Of a DNA stretch of 64,000 bases, positions 1-10,591 are shown piece by piece; position 1 is the first letter of the stretch, and each line of letters opens with the position of its first letter. Both the position numbers and the translations under genes were made by a program. The notes beneath the pieces were generated by a model. It was not told the origin of the DNA. It was given only the letters and a program-made list of their open reading frames with translations, and made no database searches. The DNA is from Dehalococcoidia bacterium (GTDB lineage Bacteria; Chloroflexota; Dehalococcoidia; Plut-88900): positions 512,001-576,000 of the forward strand of contig CBDFLQ010000006.1 in assembly GCA_965249275.1 (NCBI GenBank), read 5' to 3'.

Positions 1-504
1 GTGAACAATGGTGAAGAGGCCGCTAAAGCCGGAATGTCCTGCCGTTACCCGCCAATAGGGTTCCGCAGCATCGGCCCAAACCGGGCTCCCCTTTACGCCG
101 GCTCCGACTATCTCGCCCACGCCAACGAAGAAATCATTTGCCTAGTCATGGTCGAGAACATCAACACCATCCCTAACCTGGAGGAAATGGCCAAGGCACC
201 CGGTATCGATGGCTTCTACATCGGCCCCGCCGACCTTGCCATATCCATGGGAGTCGACCCCAGGAAATACCAGGGAAGCAAGGAGCACGCTGAGGCATCT
301 CAGAAGGTGTTGGACGTGGCCCGGGCCAATGGGCTGGTCGCCGGTACCCACTGTGGGAGTCCGGAGGAAGCCAAAGAGCGCTTCGAGCAAGGCTTCGTAA
401 TGTGCCCCGCACTTTCTGACGCAAGTCTCATGGCTTCGGCGGCCAGGGACGCCCTGGAAAGAGCGAAGACTCCAGAGGCCGAGGGTACGAAACCCGTCTA
501 CTAG
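1..504 (+). CDS. HpcH/HpaI aldolase family protein (5'-truncated by window)
   Basis: YPPIGFRS, VMVEN and IGPADLAISMG motifs typical of class II pyruvate aldolases. Confidence 0.85.
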   Translation: MNNGEEAAKAGMSCRYPPIGFRSIGPNRAPLYAGSDYLAHANEEIICLVMVENINTIPNLEEMAKAPGIDGFYIGPADLAISMGVDPRKYQGSKEHAEASQKVLDVARANGLVAGTHCGSPEEAKERFEQGFVMCPALSDASLMASAARDALERAKTPEAEGTKPVY

Positions 505-517
505 CTCAGGTAGATCT

Positions 518-1774
518 CTAGCTCTTCCTCTCTCTGAAGTGCCTCTTCCCCGAAGCCAGGGCCACGGGTCCCGCGGCTATGGTAGCCACTCCGAATGCAG
601 CGAAAATCCACGTGTATTCGCCCATGTTGTCGAATGCTACTCCTGCCAAATAGGGCCCCAATATCGCCCCAATGGCGTAGGGTGCGGAAATCATTCCCTG
701 GATAGCCCCGATATGTTTGTGCCCGAACTCGTCAGCCAAAAGTGGATATAGCACCGACCCGAACGACTGGGCCGATAGTCCGTATACAGCAATAAAGAGG
801 CCCAGAGTCCAGGCGCTTTCAACGTTTGCCAGGGCAAGGATGCCGAGCCCCTGCAGAATGTACGATCCCGCCAAAACTATCCGCTTGTCCAAAACGTCCC
901 CGAGCCACCCGAACCCTAACTTGGGGATTAGGCCCAGCACCGAGACAACGGCAACTATCTGTCCACCCGTAGTCCTGGAAAGGCCTTCGGCTTCCAGGTG
1001 GGGCAGTATATGCACCGACACGGAGACTAGCCCAAATATGGCCAATACCTGCCCAAACCCAAGTGCCCAGAATGTCCAAGTGGACAGGGCCTGTCGAAGG
1101 GTAAAGTCCAAGCCACCATTCCGACTCTGAAGCGGTGTGCTTGGCGGCGGTGCATCCAATCCATCGGGGTATAGGCCGTACTGCTCAGGTTTGTGGCGAA
1201 GGGCCATGGAGGTGGGGATGCCGACAATTGCCAGGCCGATAGCCGCGGCAACGGAAGCAACACGCCAGTCATAGGTATCGATACCCCAGACCAACAGAGG
1301 CGCTAACACTCCCCCCACGTTGGAGCCGCCCAGCAGAACTCCATTGGCCTTACCCCGATGTTTGCGGAACCAGACCGCAGCAAGAGCCGGGCCGATACCC
1401 GCAAAAAATATCGTCCATCCTACCGAGAGAACTGCAAAATCCAGGTAGAAGCTCCATGCCGAACGACTGACGGACAGGAGCAGCATCCCCGCCACCCCCA
1501 GCCCCGTAGCCAGAAACATAAGCGCCCGTCCGCCAAAACGGTCGAACAGCATTCCCACAAACACCGAGCCGACCCCTGCCATCCCCTGCTGCATGGAGAA
1601 CGCCAGAGAAGTTGATGCGCTCGAAAGCCCGAAGCTCTCCTTCCAAGGGTTGAAGAACGCCGTAAACCCTGACCCCATCACTCCCGACCAGTAGAAGTTG
1701 ATGAAGAAGAAGGATATTGCTATCCACCACCCGTAATAGATCCTTGGGCGGCGGGCCGACTGGGCGGTCGACAT
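518..1774 (-). CDS. MFS transporter
   Basis: About 12 hydrophobic segments, YYGWWI N-terminus, GMLFDRFGGR motif A. Confidence 0.9.
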   Translation of the reverse strand: MSTAQSARRPRIYYGWWIAISFFFINFYWSGVMGSGFTAFFNPWKESFGLSSASTSLAFSMQQGMAGVGSVFVGMLFDRFGGRALMFLATGLGVAGMLLLSVSRSAWSFYLDFAVLSVGWTIFFAGIGPALAAVWFRKHRGKANGVLLGGSNVGGVLAPLLVWGIDTYDWRVASVAAAIGLAIVGIPTSMALRHKPEQYGLYPDGLDAPPPSTPLQSRNGGLDFTLRQALSTWTFWALGFGQVLAIFGLVSVSVHILPHLEAEGLSRTTGGQIVAVVSVLGLIPKLGFGWLGDVLDKRIVLAGSYILQGLGILALANVESAWTLGLFIAVYGLSAQSFGSVLYPLLADEFGHKHIGAIQGMISAPYAIGAILGPYLAGVAFDNMGEYTWIFAAFGVATIAAGPVALASGKRHFRERKS

Positions 1775-1883
1775 TCGGGGTGCCTCTCCTGGGGGCCTAT
1801 CAGTGCCGGGGAAAGTTATCGCGCATCATAGACAGATGCCACGCGGCTAACAAGTGAAGGTAAGGAAAGAGCCGGTGGGTGAT

Positions 1884-3158
1884 TTAGGTAGGGGCCGGAA
1901 CGGTCTGGCCTGTCCAGTATATGCGCCGCATGGTCGGGCCAATGCCGCTGAAGAGTGTCACTGCAAGGAACGCCATACCTCCAATGCTCAGGAGCCAGAA
2001 CGGGTCAGCGAGTTCCGCCAAACCGCCGTTGCCCAGATTGGCGAAGGACATTATTCCGCCGGCGTGGATTATGTAAATGCTCGATATCCGGCCCCTTACG
2101 GCATCCGGAACCATCGACTGCATCATCGTCAGGGTTATGACCATATAGGCCGTCTGCGTAGCCCCCATTGCGCTGGCTGCGAGCATCCCTATCGCCATGT
2201 TGGGAGCGACGGCAAGGGCCAACGGGGCCAAAGCGCTGAGCACTCCCGCAATTAAGAGCAATCTGCCCCGATACCTCTCCGATCGAATCCCCGCGAGATA
2301 AATGGAAGACACCATTGCCCCCGCCCCTACTGCCATCATCAGGTACCCCACCCCGCTGCCACCCCACCCAAATCTCTCCTCGGAGAGGACCGGCAACAAC
2401 GCCTCAAATGACATGGTCAATCCGCAGTGGAAGGTTATCAGCAAGACGATCATCGTCAGCGCAGGCCTTCTGTAGACGTAGCTGAACCCGGCGATCAGGT
2501 TTGAAATAAACCCCTTGCTCGCCTCCATTGCCCCGGTCGAAACCGTACTGATGCCCAACACAAGTGCCAGGCTCAGTATGAAGGGTACGTTGCATGCGGC
2601 GAAGACCCAGCCAGGCTCAACTGTGGCTAGTAATGGGGCAATCAGGCCGGGGCCCACGAGCCTCGACGCGTGGAAGGTTGCCGAATTGAGGGCGTAGGCG
2701 TTGATCATCAGGTCACGGGGGACTAGATTCGCAACTAAGGAGAAGGCTGTCGGGGTCTGCACTGCCCTCGCCGACCCGTTTATGAATGACAATGCGACCA
2801 GGTGCCACAACTCCAAAGCCCCTGTGAATGCCAGGACGGTCAATGCTACGCATTGAGCCCAGGCCAGCATGAAGGTGAACGCCAGGACGTGTTTTCTAAC
2901 GAAGCGGTCCGCGAGGTAGCCGGCGATAGGCGGAACAATGATGAACGGGATCATGCCCGCGAAGACTACAATCCCGACCCACAGGTCGCCGTGCGCCTCC
3001 GCAATGTCCCGGGCCATTACCGCCCTCACGGTTATCAGCGCCCAAGTTCCCGAGTCCGACAGCAGTATCGCCGTCCAGAGAAACCGGAAGTCTCGATGAC
3101 CCAAAGCGGGGAAGTATCGCCTGCCAACATTGCGGCTGATGTTGTCTAGAGAAGTCAA
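1884..3158 (-). CDS. MFS transporter (MFS_3/DHA3-like)
   Basis: RDFRFLW start, GYLADRFVRK motif A, VPDAVRGRISS, multiple TM segments. Confidence 0.9.
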   Translation of the reverse strand: MTSLDNISRNVGRRYFPALGHRDFRFLWTAILLSDSGTWALITVRAVMARDIAEAHGDLWVGIVVFAGMIPFIIVPPIAGYLADRFVRKHVLAFTFMLAWAQCVALTVLAFTGALELWHLVALSFINGSARAVQTPTAFSLVANLVPRDLMINAYALNSATFHASRLVGPGLIAPLLATVEPGWVFAACNVPFILSLALVLGISTVSTGAMEASKGFISNLIAGFSYVYRRPALTMIVLLITFHCGLTMSFEALLPVLSEERFGWGGSGVGYLMMAVGAGAMVSSIYLAGIRSERYRGRLLLIAGVLSALAPLALAVAPNMAIGMLAASAMGATQTAYMVITLTMMQSMVPDAVRGRISSIYIIHAGGIMSFANLGNGGLAELADPFWLLSIGGMAFLAVTLFSGIGPTMRRIYWTGQTVPAPT

Positions 3159-3195
3159 ATGCCCCGGACTCGCTGCGGGCCTAAATCGCTAATGT

Positions 3196-3696
3196 CTATT
3201 GTCTTCCCCAGCCGGGATTATTGCCGCGCATGCGGGCCAGCCAGTCGTCCCGCTTCTCGGGAGTGAAGATCTCTGCTGAGGCCTCACTCATCACTCCCTC
3301 GGTTAAATCTATTCGCTTGTCAGCCCCGGCCAGAGACAGCATACCCGACACCGAATACTTACCGTATGTCCGGTTCTCTCCCTCGAACCTTCCACCGACA
3401 ATCAGAGTCTCTAACCCCGAGTTCATGATCGCCCCGCAGCACATGGGGCAGCACTCAAAGGTCACATACATCGTGCATCCGGCCAGGTACGGGCTCCCGA
3501 TATTGGCCGCGGCGTTCCGAATGGCCAGCAGTTCGGCGTGAGCGGTGGGGTCGGAGTCAACCATGACACGCGGCTCGCTCTGCCCGATGATCTTGCCGTC
3601 TTTCAAAATAATCGCCGCTACCGGCACGTCCCCGTGGGACTCGGCTGTCCGGGCCAGCTCCAGGGCCTGTTCCATCACTCTTTCGTCTATCTCCAC
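3196..3696 (-). CDS. Nucleoside/tRNA-adenosine deaminase family (TadA-like)
   Basis: DPTAHAE and ECCPMC zinc-deaminase motifs. Confidence 0.85.
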   Translation of the reverse strand: MEIDERVMEQALELARTAESHGDVPVAAIILKDGKIIGQSEPRVMVDSDPTAHAELLAIRNAAANIGSPYLAGCTMYVTFECCPMCCGAIMNSGLETLIVGGRFEGENRTYGKYSVSGMLSLAGADKRIDLTEGVMSEASAEIFTPEKRDDWLARMRGNNPGWGRQ

Positions 3697-3705
3697 ATTC
3701 GCCTC

Positions 3706-4278
3706 CTATGACCAGAAACGGTCGCAGTACTCTTCCAGGGAATCCCTGGTGCTGGGGAAGGCCAAATCATCCCACGGGATTTCGTCTCGATCGAAAAAGC
3801 CGATGCCTATGGATTCGTCCAAGGCTCGGGGCTCTCCCTCAACTATCGTCCCCGCGTATACGATTATCACCACCGGCGAGCCTTCGTAGGAATAAGCTCC
3901 AATAAGCCCGTCTATCGAGACCTTGATCCCCGCCTCTTCCATCGACTCACGTGCGGCCGCACCTTCAAGGGTCTCGCCCGCGTCCACAAATCCACCAGGG
4001 AACACCCACTTACCGTAAGCGGGCTCGATTCCACGCCTAAGCAACACCAGCTTCCCGTCCGACCTAACTATGGCCCCCGATGCAACTCTCGGGTTCAAAT
4101 ACTGGATATAGCCGCAGGCTTCACAGACCAGTCTCTCGGGCTCCCCCTCCTTGACCAGCTTCAACCCAAGCCGACCCCCGCAACGAATGCAGAACTTGTA
4201 TCCTGAGTGTTTGTGGTCGTGCGGCATGGAGTCTTTAATCAGAGTGTCCAGTCCGGCAAAGGAGGACAGAAATGACAC
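3706..4278 (-). CDS. NUDIX hydrolase with N-terminal zinc ribbon (true start may be ATG 4227)
   Basis: CIRCG...CEACG ribbon and Nudix box GGFVDAGETLEGAAARESMEEAG. Confidence 0.9.
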   Translation of the reverse strand: MSFLSSFAGLDTLIKDSMPHDHKHSGYKFCIRCGGRLGLKLVKEGEPERLVCEACGYIQYLNPRVASGAIVRSDGKLVLLRRGIEPAYGKWVFPGGFVDAGETLEGAAARESMEEAGIKVSIDGLIGAYSYEGSPVVIIVYAGTIVEGEPRALDESIGIGFFDRDEIPWDDLAFPSTRDSLEEYCDRFWS

Positions 4279-4324
4279 TCGTGGACATTGTATTGGCTAG
4301 GGCTCCGCCGATTATAGCAAAGAC

Positions 4325-4723
4325 CTATGTCGGGGAATTCAGACCCGGCAAGCGCTTAACATGCTCTTCAAGCCACACGTTCAATTCCGCAAATCGGAAT
4401 GAATGTGACTCGAACAGATGCATGAAGAAGGCATACGCTTCTTCGTTGCCACAGTCGATGAAGTGTCCGTTAAGGCGTAGAAAAGCATCCGTAACAGCGA
4501 ACGCTACCCGCTTGTTGCCGTCTATGAAGGGATGGTTCATAGCCAAACTCTCCATCATCGCGGCTGCTTCCTGGATGAGGCCATCGTAATAACCGATCTG
4601 AGGCCGCATCAGCGCCGAGGCCAATGCCCCCTCATCACGTAGCCCCTGCGCGCCGCCATGCTCGCGGATCAAGAGATCATGTGTAGCTATGACGTCCTCA
4701 ATGGAAGGATAACTATGGGTCAT
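4325..4723 (-). CDS. doc: Type II toxin, Fic/Doc (death-on-curing) family
   Basis: HPFIDGNKR Fic motif, GLRDEGALASALMRP; 4-bp overlap with small upstream ORF. Confidence 0.9.
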   Translation of the reverse strand: MTHSYPSIEDVIATHDLLIREHGGAQGLRDEGALASALMRPQIGYYDGLIQEAAAMMESLAMNHPFIDGNKRVAFAVTDAFLRLNGHFIDCGNEEAYAFFMHLFESHSFRFAELNVWLEEHVKRLPGLNSPT

Positions 4724-4947
4724 TGGGCGAGCAATTCAAGAAGTCGGCGATTTCGCTCCATGCTCGCCCTGGCGTGGGCCATGAACACCGGGTTGGGTTT
4801 CTCCTGATCCCTGTTGGTGATATATTCCCGCAAAGCGTCCTCCAGTACTACCTGGAACTGACGCCCTTCCTTGCGAGCGATCTCGCGCACGGCTTCCAGC
4901 AATTCTGGAGCGGCCTGACTTGAGAATTTCTCCCGAGACGCAACCAT
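4720..4947 (-). CDS. Probable antitoxin (ribbon-helix-helix-like) of Doc
   Basis: 75 aa, ATGA overlap with doc, RBS-like AGGAG upstream. Confidence 0.7.
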   Translation of the reverse strand: MVASREKFSSQAAPELLEAVREIARKEGRQFQVVLEDALREYITNRDQEKPNPVFMAHARASMERNRRLLELLAQ

Positions 4948-5042
4948 TTCCTATTTCTCCTTTGTAGGGTCCCCCCATTTTGTCGCCATGCATCAATCAT
5001 TGTCAAGAAACATCTTGATGTAGATTGATGCCGACCACTCTC

Positions 5043-6566
5043 TTATCCCAGCCCCCGAGGCCTGTACTGTACTGCCTCAGCGACATGAGCAATCTCTATG
5101 CCCTCTGATCCAGACAGATCTGCTATTGTCCTCGACAGCTTCAATATCCGGTGAAATCCCCGCGCCGATAACTGAAGCTGCTGCGTCGCCTGTTGCAGCA
5201 AGCCGCGAGCCCCATCTTCCAAAGTGCAGACGTCCTTCACCTGCGCGGCTCCCATGTCCGCGTTGCAGGCCAGCCCGCTCCCTTCGAACCGGGCAATCTG
5301 GCGGCCTCGGGCCTCTTCTACTCTCCGTCTCGCCTGTTCTGATGCCTCCGCATCATCCGTATTCATTAGCTTTTCGTAGTCTACTCTCGGCACTTCCACG
5401 AACATGTCGATACGGTCCAGAAGCGGTCCACTGATCCGTTTCTGGTATCGGGACACGAGCCCCGGCGCGCAGGTGCACTCCCTGATCGTGTCTCCGTAGA
5501 ATCCGCAGGGACATGGATTCATGGCAGCCACCATCATGAAATTTGCCGGAAAAGTGACCGTTCCCTGGGCACGGCTGATGGTTACCACCTTGTCTTCAAT
5601 AGGCTGGCGAAGCACTTCCAACGTATTCCGTCCGAATTCGGGCAACTCGTCAAGGAACAGCACTCCCCTATGGCTCAGGCTTATCTCCCCCGGCCCGGGT
5701 CTCCGACCTCCGCCCACCAACCCCGCATGAGAGATGGTGTAGTGAGGCGATCGGAAGGGCCTCTGTCTCATGAGCGCCGTGTCCGATTGAAGCATCCCGC
5801 TCACGCTGTATATCTTCGTCACTTCCAGCGCCTCGTCGGAAGACATCTTGGGCAAGAGGGAGGGTAGTGACCGGGCTAACATTGTCTTGCCGCTTCCCGG
5901 CGGGCCTGTCATCAGGATGTTGTGGCCTCCTGCCGCTGCAATCTCCAAAGCCCGCTTGGCATGCTCCTGCCCCTTGATGTGGGCAAAGTCCGATTCGAAG
6001 AATTGCGGCTCCTCGTCGCCGGAATCGGCCTCATCTTCATGATGAGCAGCCATGGGTACGTCACCTCTAAGGTGGTTGACGAGGGATGGCAGCGTTGTCA
6101 CAGGAAAAATGTCTATCCCGTCCACGACGGCCGCTTCCGCCTTGTCGTGGTCGGGCACGTAAACTCCGCGGAAACCCTTGTCCTTGGCGATGCCCACCAT
6201 TGGCAGGACTCCGTGGGTGTGCCTGACCGACCCCTCCAGCGAGAGCTCGCCAAGGAAGATAACGTCGGAGGCATCAGTCTCTACCTGCCCGGAGCTCATC
6301 AGAATCCCGACGGCAATGGGCAGGTCGTAGGCAGGGCCCTCTTTTCGCAGGTCGGCAGGGGCCAGGTTGACGGTAATCCGCTTCATCGGGAACTGGTACC
6401 CCGAGTTCCGGATCGCCGCCCTTACTCTCTCACGAGACTCCTGTACTGCCGTGTCCGGCAGCCCGACTATCGTGAATGTCGGCAGCCCCGGAGAGATATC
6501 TATCTCTACTTCAATTATGGCCCCTTCCAGGCCAACAACTGCGCAGCTTCTAACCCTTGCCAGCAT
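5043..6566 (-). CDS. comM: ComM/YifB Mg-chelatase-like AAA+ ATPase
   Basis: IVGLPDTAVQESRERV, Walker A GPPGSGKT, LFLDELPEF, AAMNPCPCG. Confidence 0.95.
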   Translation of the reverse strand: MLARVRSCAVVGLEGAIIEVEIDISPGLPTFTIVGLPDTAVQESRERVRAAIRNSGYQFPMKRITVNLAPADLRKEGPAYDLPIAVGILMSSGQVETDASDVIFLGELSLEGSVRHTHGVLPMVGIAKDKGFRGVYVPDHDKAEAAVVDGIDIFPVTTLPSLVNHLRGDVPMAAHHEDEADSGDEEPQFFESDFAHIKGQEHAKRALEIAAAGGHNILMTGPPGSGKTMLARSLPSLLPKMSSDEALEVTKIYSVSGMLQSDTALMRQRPFRSPHYTISHAGLVGGGRRPGPGEISLSHRGVLFLDELPEFGRNTLEVLRQPIEDKVVTISRAQGTVTFPANFMMVAAMNPCPCGFYGDTIRECTCAPGLVSRYQKRISGPLLDRIDMFVEVPRVDYEKLMNTDDAEASEQARRRVEEARGRQIARFEGSGLACNADMGAAQVKDVCTLEDGARGLLQQATQQLQLSARGFHRILKLSRTIADLSGSEGIEIAHVAEAVQYRPRGLG

Positions 6567-6582
6567 GAGTGCAGGGAACTCT

Positions 6583-7488
6583 TTAATCCGAGTCCGTGCC
6601 CTGCGCCCTCACTTGGACCCCCGCCCTCTCCTCTATGATCAGGTCTGTTGAAGTGAAATTCCTGTTGCCCCAGCCCCGGTCCATAGCCTCCAGCTGGATC
6701 TGTTCCGCTATGCTGGACAAAGGCATCGGGGCTCGCACCTCGCGTGCCAGCTGTATCGCCAAAGAAGTGTCCTTCTGCGACAGCTTGAGTGCAAAGCTCG
6801 CGGGATCGAACTTGCCCGCAAGCAGATCGCTCTCCAAGCCACCGACAGGAGAACGGGCATACATACCCCCGCCTACTGCCTTCAAAAGGGTCTCGGCGTC
6901 CACGCCGGCCTTGACGCCCATGGTCATGCCTTCCAGCACTACCATCCGGGTCGCCGCACCCATGACGTTGTGGACCAGCTTGCAAACCGAGCCATTGCCT
7001 ATGCCGCCCGTGTACAGGATGTTGGCGCCCAGGTGGTCCAGCAGGGGCTTCACCCTATCGAATATCTCCCTGTCTCCGCCGATCATTATTATCATCGACC
7101 GGTTTGTTGCCCCAACTTCGCCGCCGCTTACAGGGGCGTCCAAGACGTGAGCGCCCTTCTCCCTGAACGCCGGGTACATCCTCCGGGCGAGGGACGGAGA
7201 GATGCTGGACAAGTCCACGTATACGGAGTCCTTGGAGATCCCATCCAGAATGCTGTCGGGGCCGAAAGCCACAGCTTCCACCTCTACGGGGCCCGGAAGG
7301 GAACTCAGGATAATTTCGCTGCCCTCCGCAGCCTCCCGGGGCGTTGCCGCCCAGTCAGCCCCCATCTCCTCCAGTGGCCGGACCGCCTCCCGATTGACGT
7401 CGTTGACCTTAAGTTTGTAGCCGTCTTCCAAAAGATTGCGCGCCATCGGCCCGCCCATAGTCCCGACACCAATAAAGCCCAAGTTCAT
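6583..7488 (-). CDS. NAD(P)-dependent beta-hydroxyacid dehydrogenase (MmsB/GarR family)
   Basis: GFIGVGTMGGPMARNL, DAPVSGG, CKLVHN; start moved to ATG 7488 after GGAG RBS. Confidence 0.9.
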   Translation of the reverse strand: MNLGFIGVGTMGGPMARNLLEDGYKLKVNDVNREAVRPLEEMGADWAATPREAAEGSEIILSSLPGPVEVEAVAFGPDSILDGISKDSVYVDLSSISPSLARRMYPAFREKGAHVLDAPVSGGEVGATNRSMIIMIGGDREIFDRVKPLLDHLGANILYTGGIGNGSVCKLVHNVMGAATRMVVLEGMTMGVKAGVDAETLLKAVGGGMYARSPVGGLESDLLAGKFDPASFALKLSQKDTSLAIQLAREVRAPMPLSSIAEQIQLEAMDRGWGNRNFTSTDLIIEERAGVQVRAQGTDSD

Positions 7489-7642
7489 ATCAAGCACTCC
7501 TACTAGGAATAATCGGCCGCCCACCCGACTCTACGAGCCGCCATTATAGCAATGACACATCCGCTTGACACCTCGTGACCCACGGTCTAGCCTCCCGGTT
7601 AGTCGGGCCAATGGTTATTGCAGATGGAGATTGGGGGCAGTC

Positions 7643-8761
7643 ATGGCCAGAAATGGATTCAAAGTAATGGACTCCGACATGCACGTGATCGAGCCAATAG
7701 ACCTGTGGCAGACATACATGGATCCCGCCTTTCGGGACCGAGCGCCGAAGGGCGTCACCCGATTCCAGGGCGACATGATGATGGAGGTGAGCGGGAAGAA
7801 CGTACCTTACTGGATGCCCAGCAAGCGCTACTTCGATTGGCAAAAGCAGACAGCCGAAGACCAGGACGCCGCCTACAAATACTCTTACGAGCGGAATTGG
7901 AACTCGGCTACCCAGGTCCGGGCCATGGACATAGAGGGATTGGACGTCGCCTTTCTCTACCCCAGCCGAGGACTCTACACCCTAGCCGTAGATGGAATGG
8001 AGCCCGAGCTTGGGGCGGCTATTGCCACAGCCTACAACCGCTGGATGCACGATTTTTGCTCCATTGCCACGGACCGAATGTACGGCGCCTCGATGGTGTC
8101 TCCGTTCGACGTGGAATCCGCTGTCACCGAGGCCCGTGCCAGCATCCAGGACCAGGGCCTGAAAGCGATTTTCATGAGGCCTAACATTGTGAATGGGCGC
8201 AACTGGCACGATCCTTATTACGACCCCCTTTGGGCCGAGATAGAGTCCCTGGGCGTTCCATTAGGTTTTCACGAGGGGGCTAGTGCGCGCTTGCCGCAAA
8301 TTGGCGACAGGTTCGAGACTTATATGATGCATCACACAGTCTGTCACCCGATGAACATGATGCTGGCTGTCGTGAGTTTCATAGGAGGTGGTGTCCTGGA
8401 GCGGTTCCCGAAGCTCAAAGTCGGTTTCCTGGAGGCCAACTGCGGCTGGGCCCCCTGGCTCGTCTGGAGGCTCGATGAGCATTATGAGCTCGTCGGCCGC
8501 TTCGAGTCTCCGGAGCTCAAGCACGAGCCCAAGGACTACTTCTTGAGGCAGTGCTTCGTGTCGGTGGAGGCCGATGAAACCCCCGCTACCTTCGTGGAGA
8601 CTTCGGGCCTTAGCAGCACGGTTGTGTTCTCCACCGATTACCCCCATAACGACTCAAAGTTCCCGAAGGCGACCGATATGTTCCTGGAAATGCCCCTGTC
8701 CGAGGAATTCAAGCGCATGATCCTGTGGGACAACTGCGCCCGAATGTACAACTTCAACTGA
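7643..8761 (+). CDS. Amidohydrolase family protein (Amidohydro_2)
   Basis: DSDMH, AYNRW, GFHEG, LEANCGW, FSTDYPH motifs; start moved to ATG 7643. Confidence 0.9.
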   Translation: MARNGFKVMDSDMHVIEPIDLWQTYMDPAFRDRAPKGVTRFQGDMMMEVSGKNVPYWMPSKRYFDWQKQTAEDQDAAYKYSYERNWNSATQVRAMDIEGLDVAFLYPSRGLYTLAVDGMEPELGAAIATAYNRWMHDFCSIATDRMYGASMVSPFDVESAVTEARASIQDQGLKAIFMRPNIVNGRNWHDPYYDPLWAEIESLGVPLGFHEGASARLPQIGDRFETYMMHHTVCHPMNMMLAVVSFIGGGVLERFPKLKVGFLEANCGWAPWLVWRLDEHYELVGRFESPELKHEPKDYFLRQCFVSVEADETPATFVETSGLSSTVVFSTDYPHNDSKFPKATDMFLEMPLSEEFKRMILWDNCARMYNFN

Positions 8762-8876
8762 GCACACCAAGCAACTTCGATTCGTAGTATGCTATGCGGC
8801 AACGTCGGCTCAACTCCGAGTTAGAGCAGGCAATACGGAGACCACATTATCGAGACGAAGGGAGGTCGGACAGCAA

Positions 8877-10124
8877 ATGAAAGACGGAATGAGGTTCGTG
8901 GATTGTGACATGCACATTATGGAGCCCCAGGACCTGTTCGACCGGTACCTGGACACCAAGTTCAAGGACCGAGTCTCTTCCATGGTCGGCGCAGACGGCG
9001 CCTCCCGGGCCAACTGGTATATCGACGGGATACACCCGTCCGAGGACACCGAGCTTTCCCAGTACCGCAAACCCATACGCCCCAACACCGCCGACACCTC
9101 CATCCTCGGCCCCTCTCTCGGCAACCTCACCAGCTCTCGCCTCATCGCAACGGGCCGCATGGATTTCGCCCTGGACCGCAAGTACAACGAGGAAGCCCAG
9201 GTCATGGCGATGGAGATGGAGGGGATCGATATCGCCGTCCTCTTCCCCACCTCGGGCCTCAACCTGCTGGCTCGAGACAACATGGACCCCCTACTCTCCT
9301 ACGCCCTTTGCCGGGCCTATAACGACTGGCTTCACGAGTTCTGCCAGGCCAGCCCCGACCAACTGAAGTTCGCAGCCATGCTCCCGGTCCACGACGTAAA
9401 CCTGGCTTGCCGTGAGCTGCTCAGGGCCGTCAACGAGCTCGGGGCGGTGGGGTCTTTCATACGGCCCAACCTGATCAACGGCCACTACTGGCACTCCAAC
9501 TACTGGGACCCCCTCTATTCTCTGCACGAGGACCTGGATGTCACCTGGGGCTTCCACGAAGGCACCGGGCCCTGGTACTCCTACATGAACCGCCTCTACG
9601 GCGAGAACCGCTTCTACCGTCACGTGGCCAGCCACTGGATTGAGATGCAGCAGGCCATGATCGCCCAGCTCATCGGTGGTGTCTTCGAGTTCCACCCCAG
9701 GCTCCGGGTCGGTTATCTGGAAGCTCAGAACTCCTGGGTCCCGGGCATTTTGACCAGAATTGAATGGGACTATCCCAACTACAAAGAGACCCATGCCCCC
9801 TACCTGACCATGACACCCAAGGAGTATTTCCTGCGCAACTGCTGGGCAGCCGTGGAGGGCTCGGAGCCCGAGATTGAGCCGACGGCCAGCCTCATTGGAT
9901 CGGAGCACATGTGCATGTCCACTGACTACCCTCACTTCGACTCCAACTTCCCCAATGTCTCCAATAATCTGCTCAACACCGTGTCCCGGGAGACGGCCAA
10001 GAACATCTTGTACGGCGGCGCTCTCCTCTACAACTTCTCCGAGGCAGATTTCGCCAAGGCCGACGCTGCCATGGCCACCTTCCAGGCAGAACACCAGAAG
10101 GAGAGGGCTCCCGCAATAGGGTAA
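8877..10124 (+). CDS. Amidohydrolase family protein (Amidohydro_2)
   Basis: DCDMH, AYNDW, GFHEG, STDYPHFD motifs; GGAGG RBS. Confidence 0.9.
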   Translation: MKDGMRFVDCDMHIMEPQDLFDRYLDTKFKDRVSSMVGADGASRANWYIDGIHPSEDTELSQYRKPIRPNTADTSILGPSLGNLTSSRLIATGRMDFALDRKYNEEAQVMAMEMEGIDIAVLFPTSGLNLLARDNMDPLLSYALCRAYNDWLHEFCQASPDQLKFAAMLPVHDVNLACRELLRAVNELGAVGSFIRPNLINGHYWHSNYWDPLYSLHEDLDVTWGFHEGTGPWYSYMNRLYGENRFYRHVASHWIEMQQAMIAQLIGGVFEFHPRLRVGYLEAQNSWVPGILTRIEWDYPNYKETHAPYLTMTPKEYFLRNCWAAVEGSEPEIEPTASLIGSEHMCMSTDYPHFDSNFPNVSNNLLNTVSRETAKNILYGGALLYNFSEADFAKADAAMATFQAEHQKERAPAIG

Positions 10125-10150
10125 CCTTTCCATCTCCCCGGAAGTAAAGT

Positions 10151-10184
10151 AAAGACCCGCCTCGCTGAGCGAGGCGGGTCTTTT
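10151..10184. terminator. Bidirectional intrinsic terminator
   Basis: AAAGACCCGCCTCGC-tga-GCGAGGCGGGTCTTT(T) perfect hairpin between convergent genes. Confidence 0.85.
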
Positions 10185-10212
10185 GCAACTCTTTCTGTAA
10201 GAGATCGCTGTT

Positions 10213-10569
10213 CTACAGGTAAGTCGTGTGCTTTTCGGTGAAGGCGTCGGTCACGGGGAAGAAGACCAGCAGCTTAGCCGGTTTCGTCCCAACCACTGTG
10301 AACCCGTGGTGTGCGCCAGTCGGAATGGCGAGGGTCTGCAACGGATTTATTCGCTCCGTCACGCCGTTCGTAGTAGCGTCCACTTCCCCTTCCAGTACGA
10401 CAATCAGCTCGTCCACGTCGTGGTGATGGTACGGCGCACCCGCACCCGGGTCCACAATGTGATAGTCGAAGGTGAGCTCGAACCCATCGTCGTATCCGGC
10501 CAGCCTTCTGCGCCGGTAGCCGGGCCTACGGGTCTCTTCGGCTGCACTCTCGTGGTCGATTATTGACAT
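10213..10569 (-). CDS. Cupin domain protein
   Basis: PYHHHDVDELIVVLEG and IPTGAHHGF cupin motifs. Confidence 0.85.
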   Translation of the reverse strand: MSIIDHESAAEETRRPGYRRRRLAGYDDGFELTFDYHIVDPGAGAPYHHHDVDELIVVLEGEVDATTNGVTERINPLQTLAIPTGAHHGFTVVGTKPAKLLVFFPVTDAFTEKHTTYL

Positions 10570-10591
10570 TCCAATTACCTTTCGTCGAGAA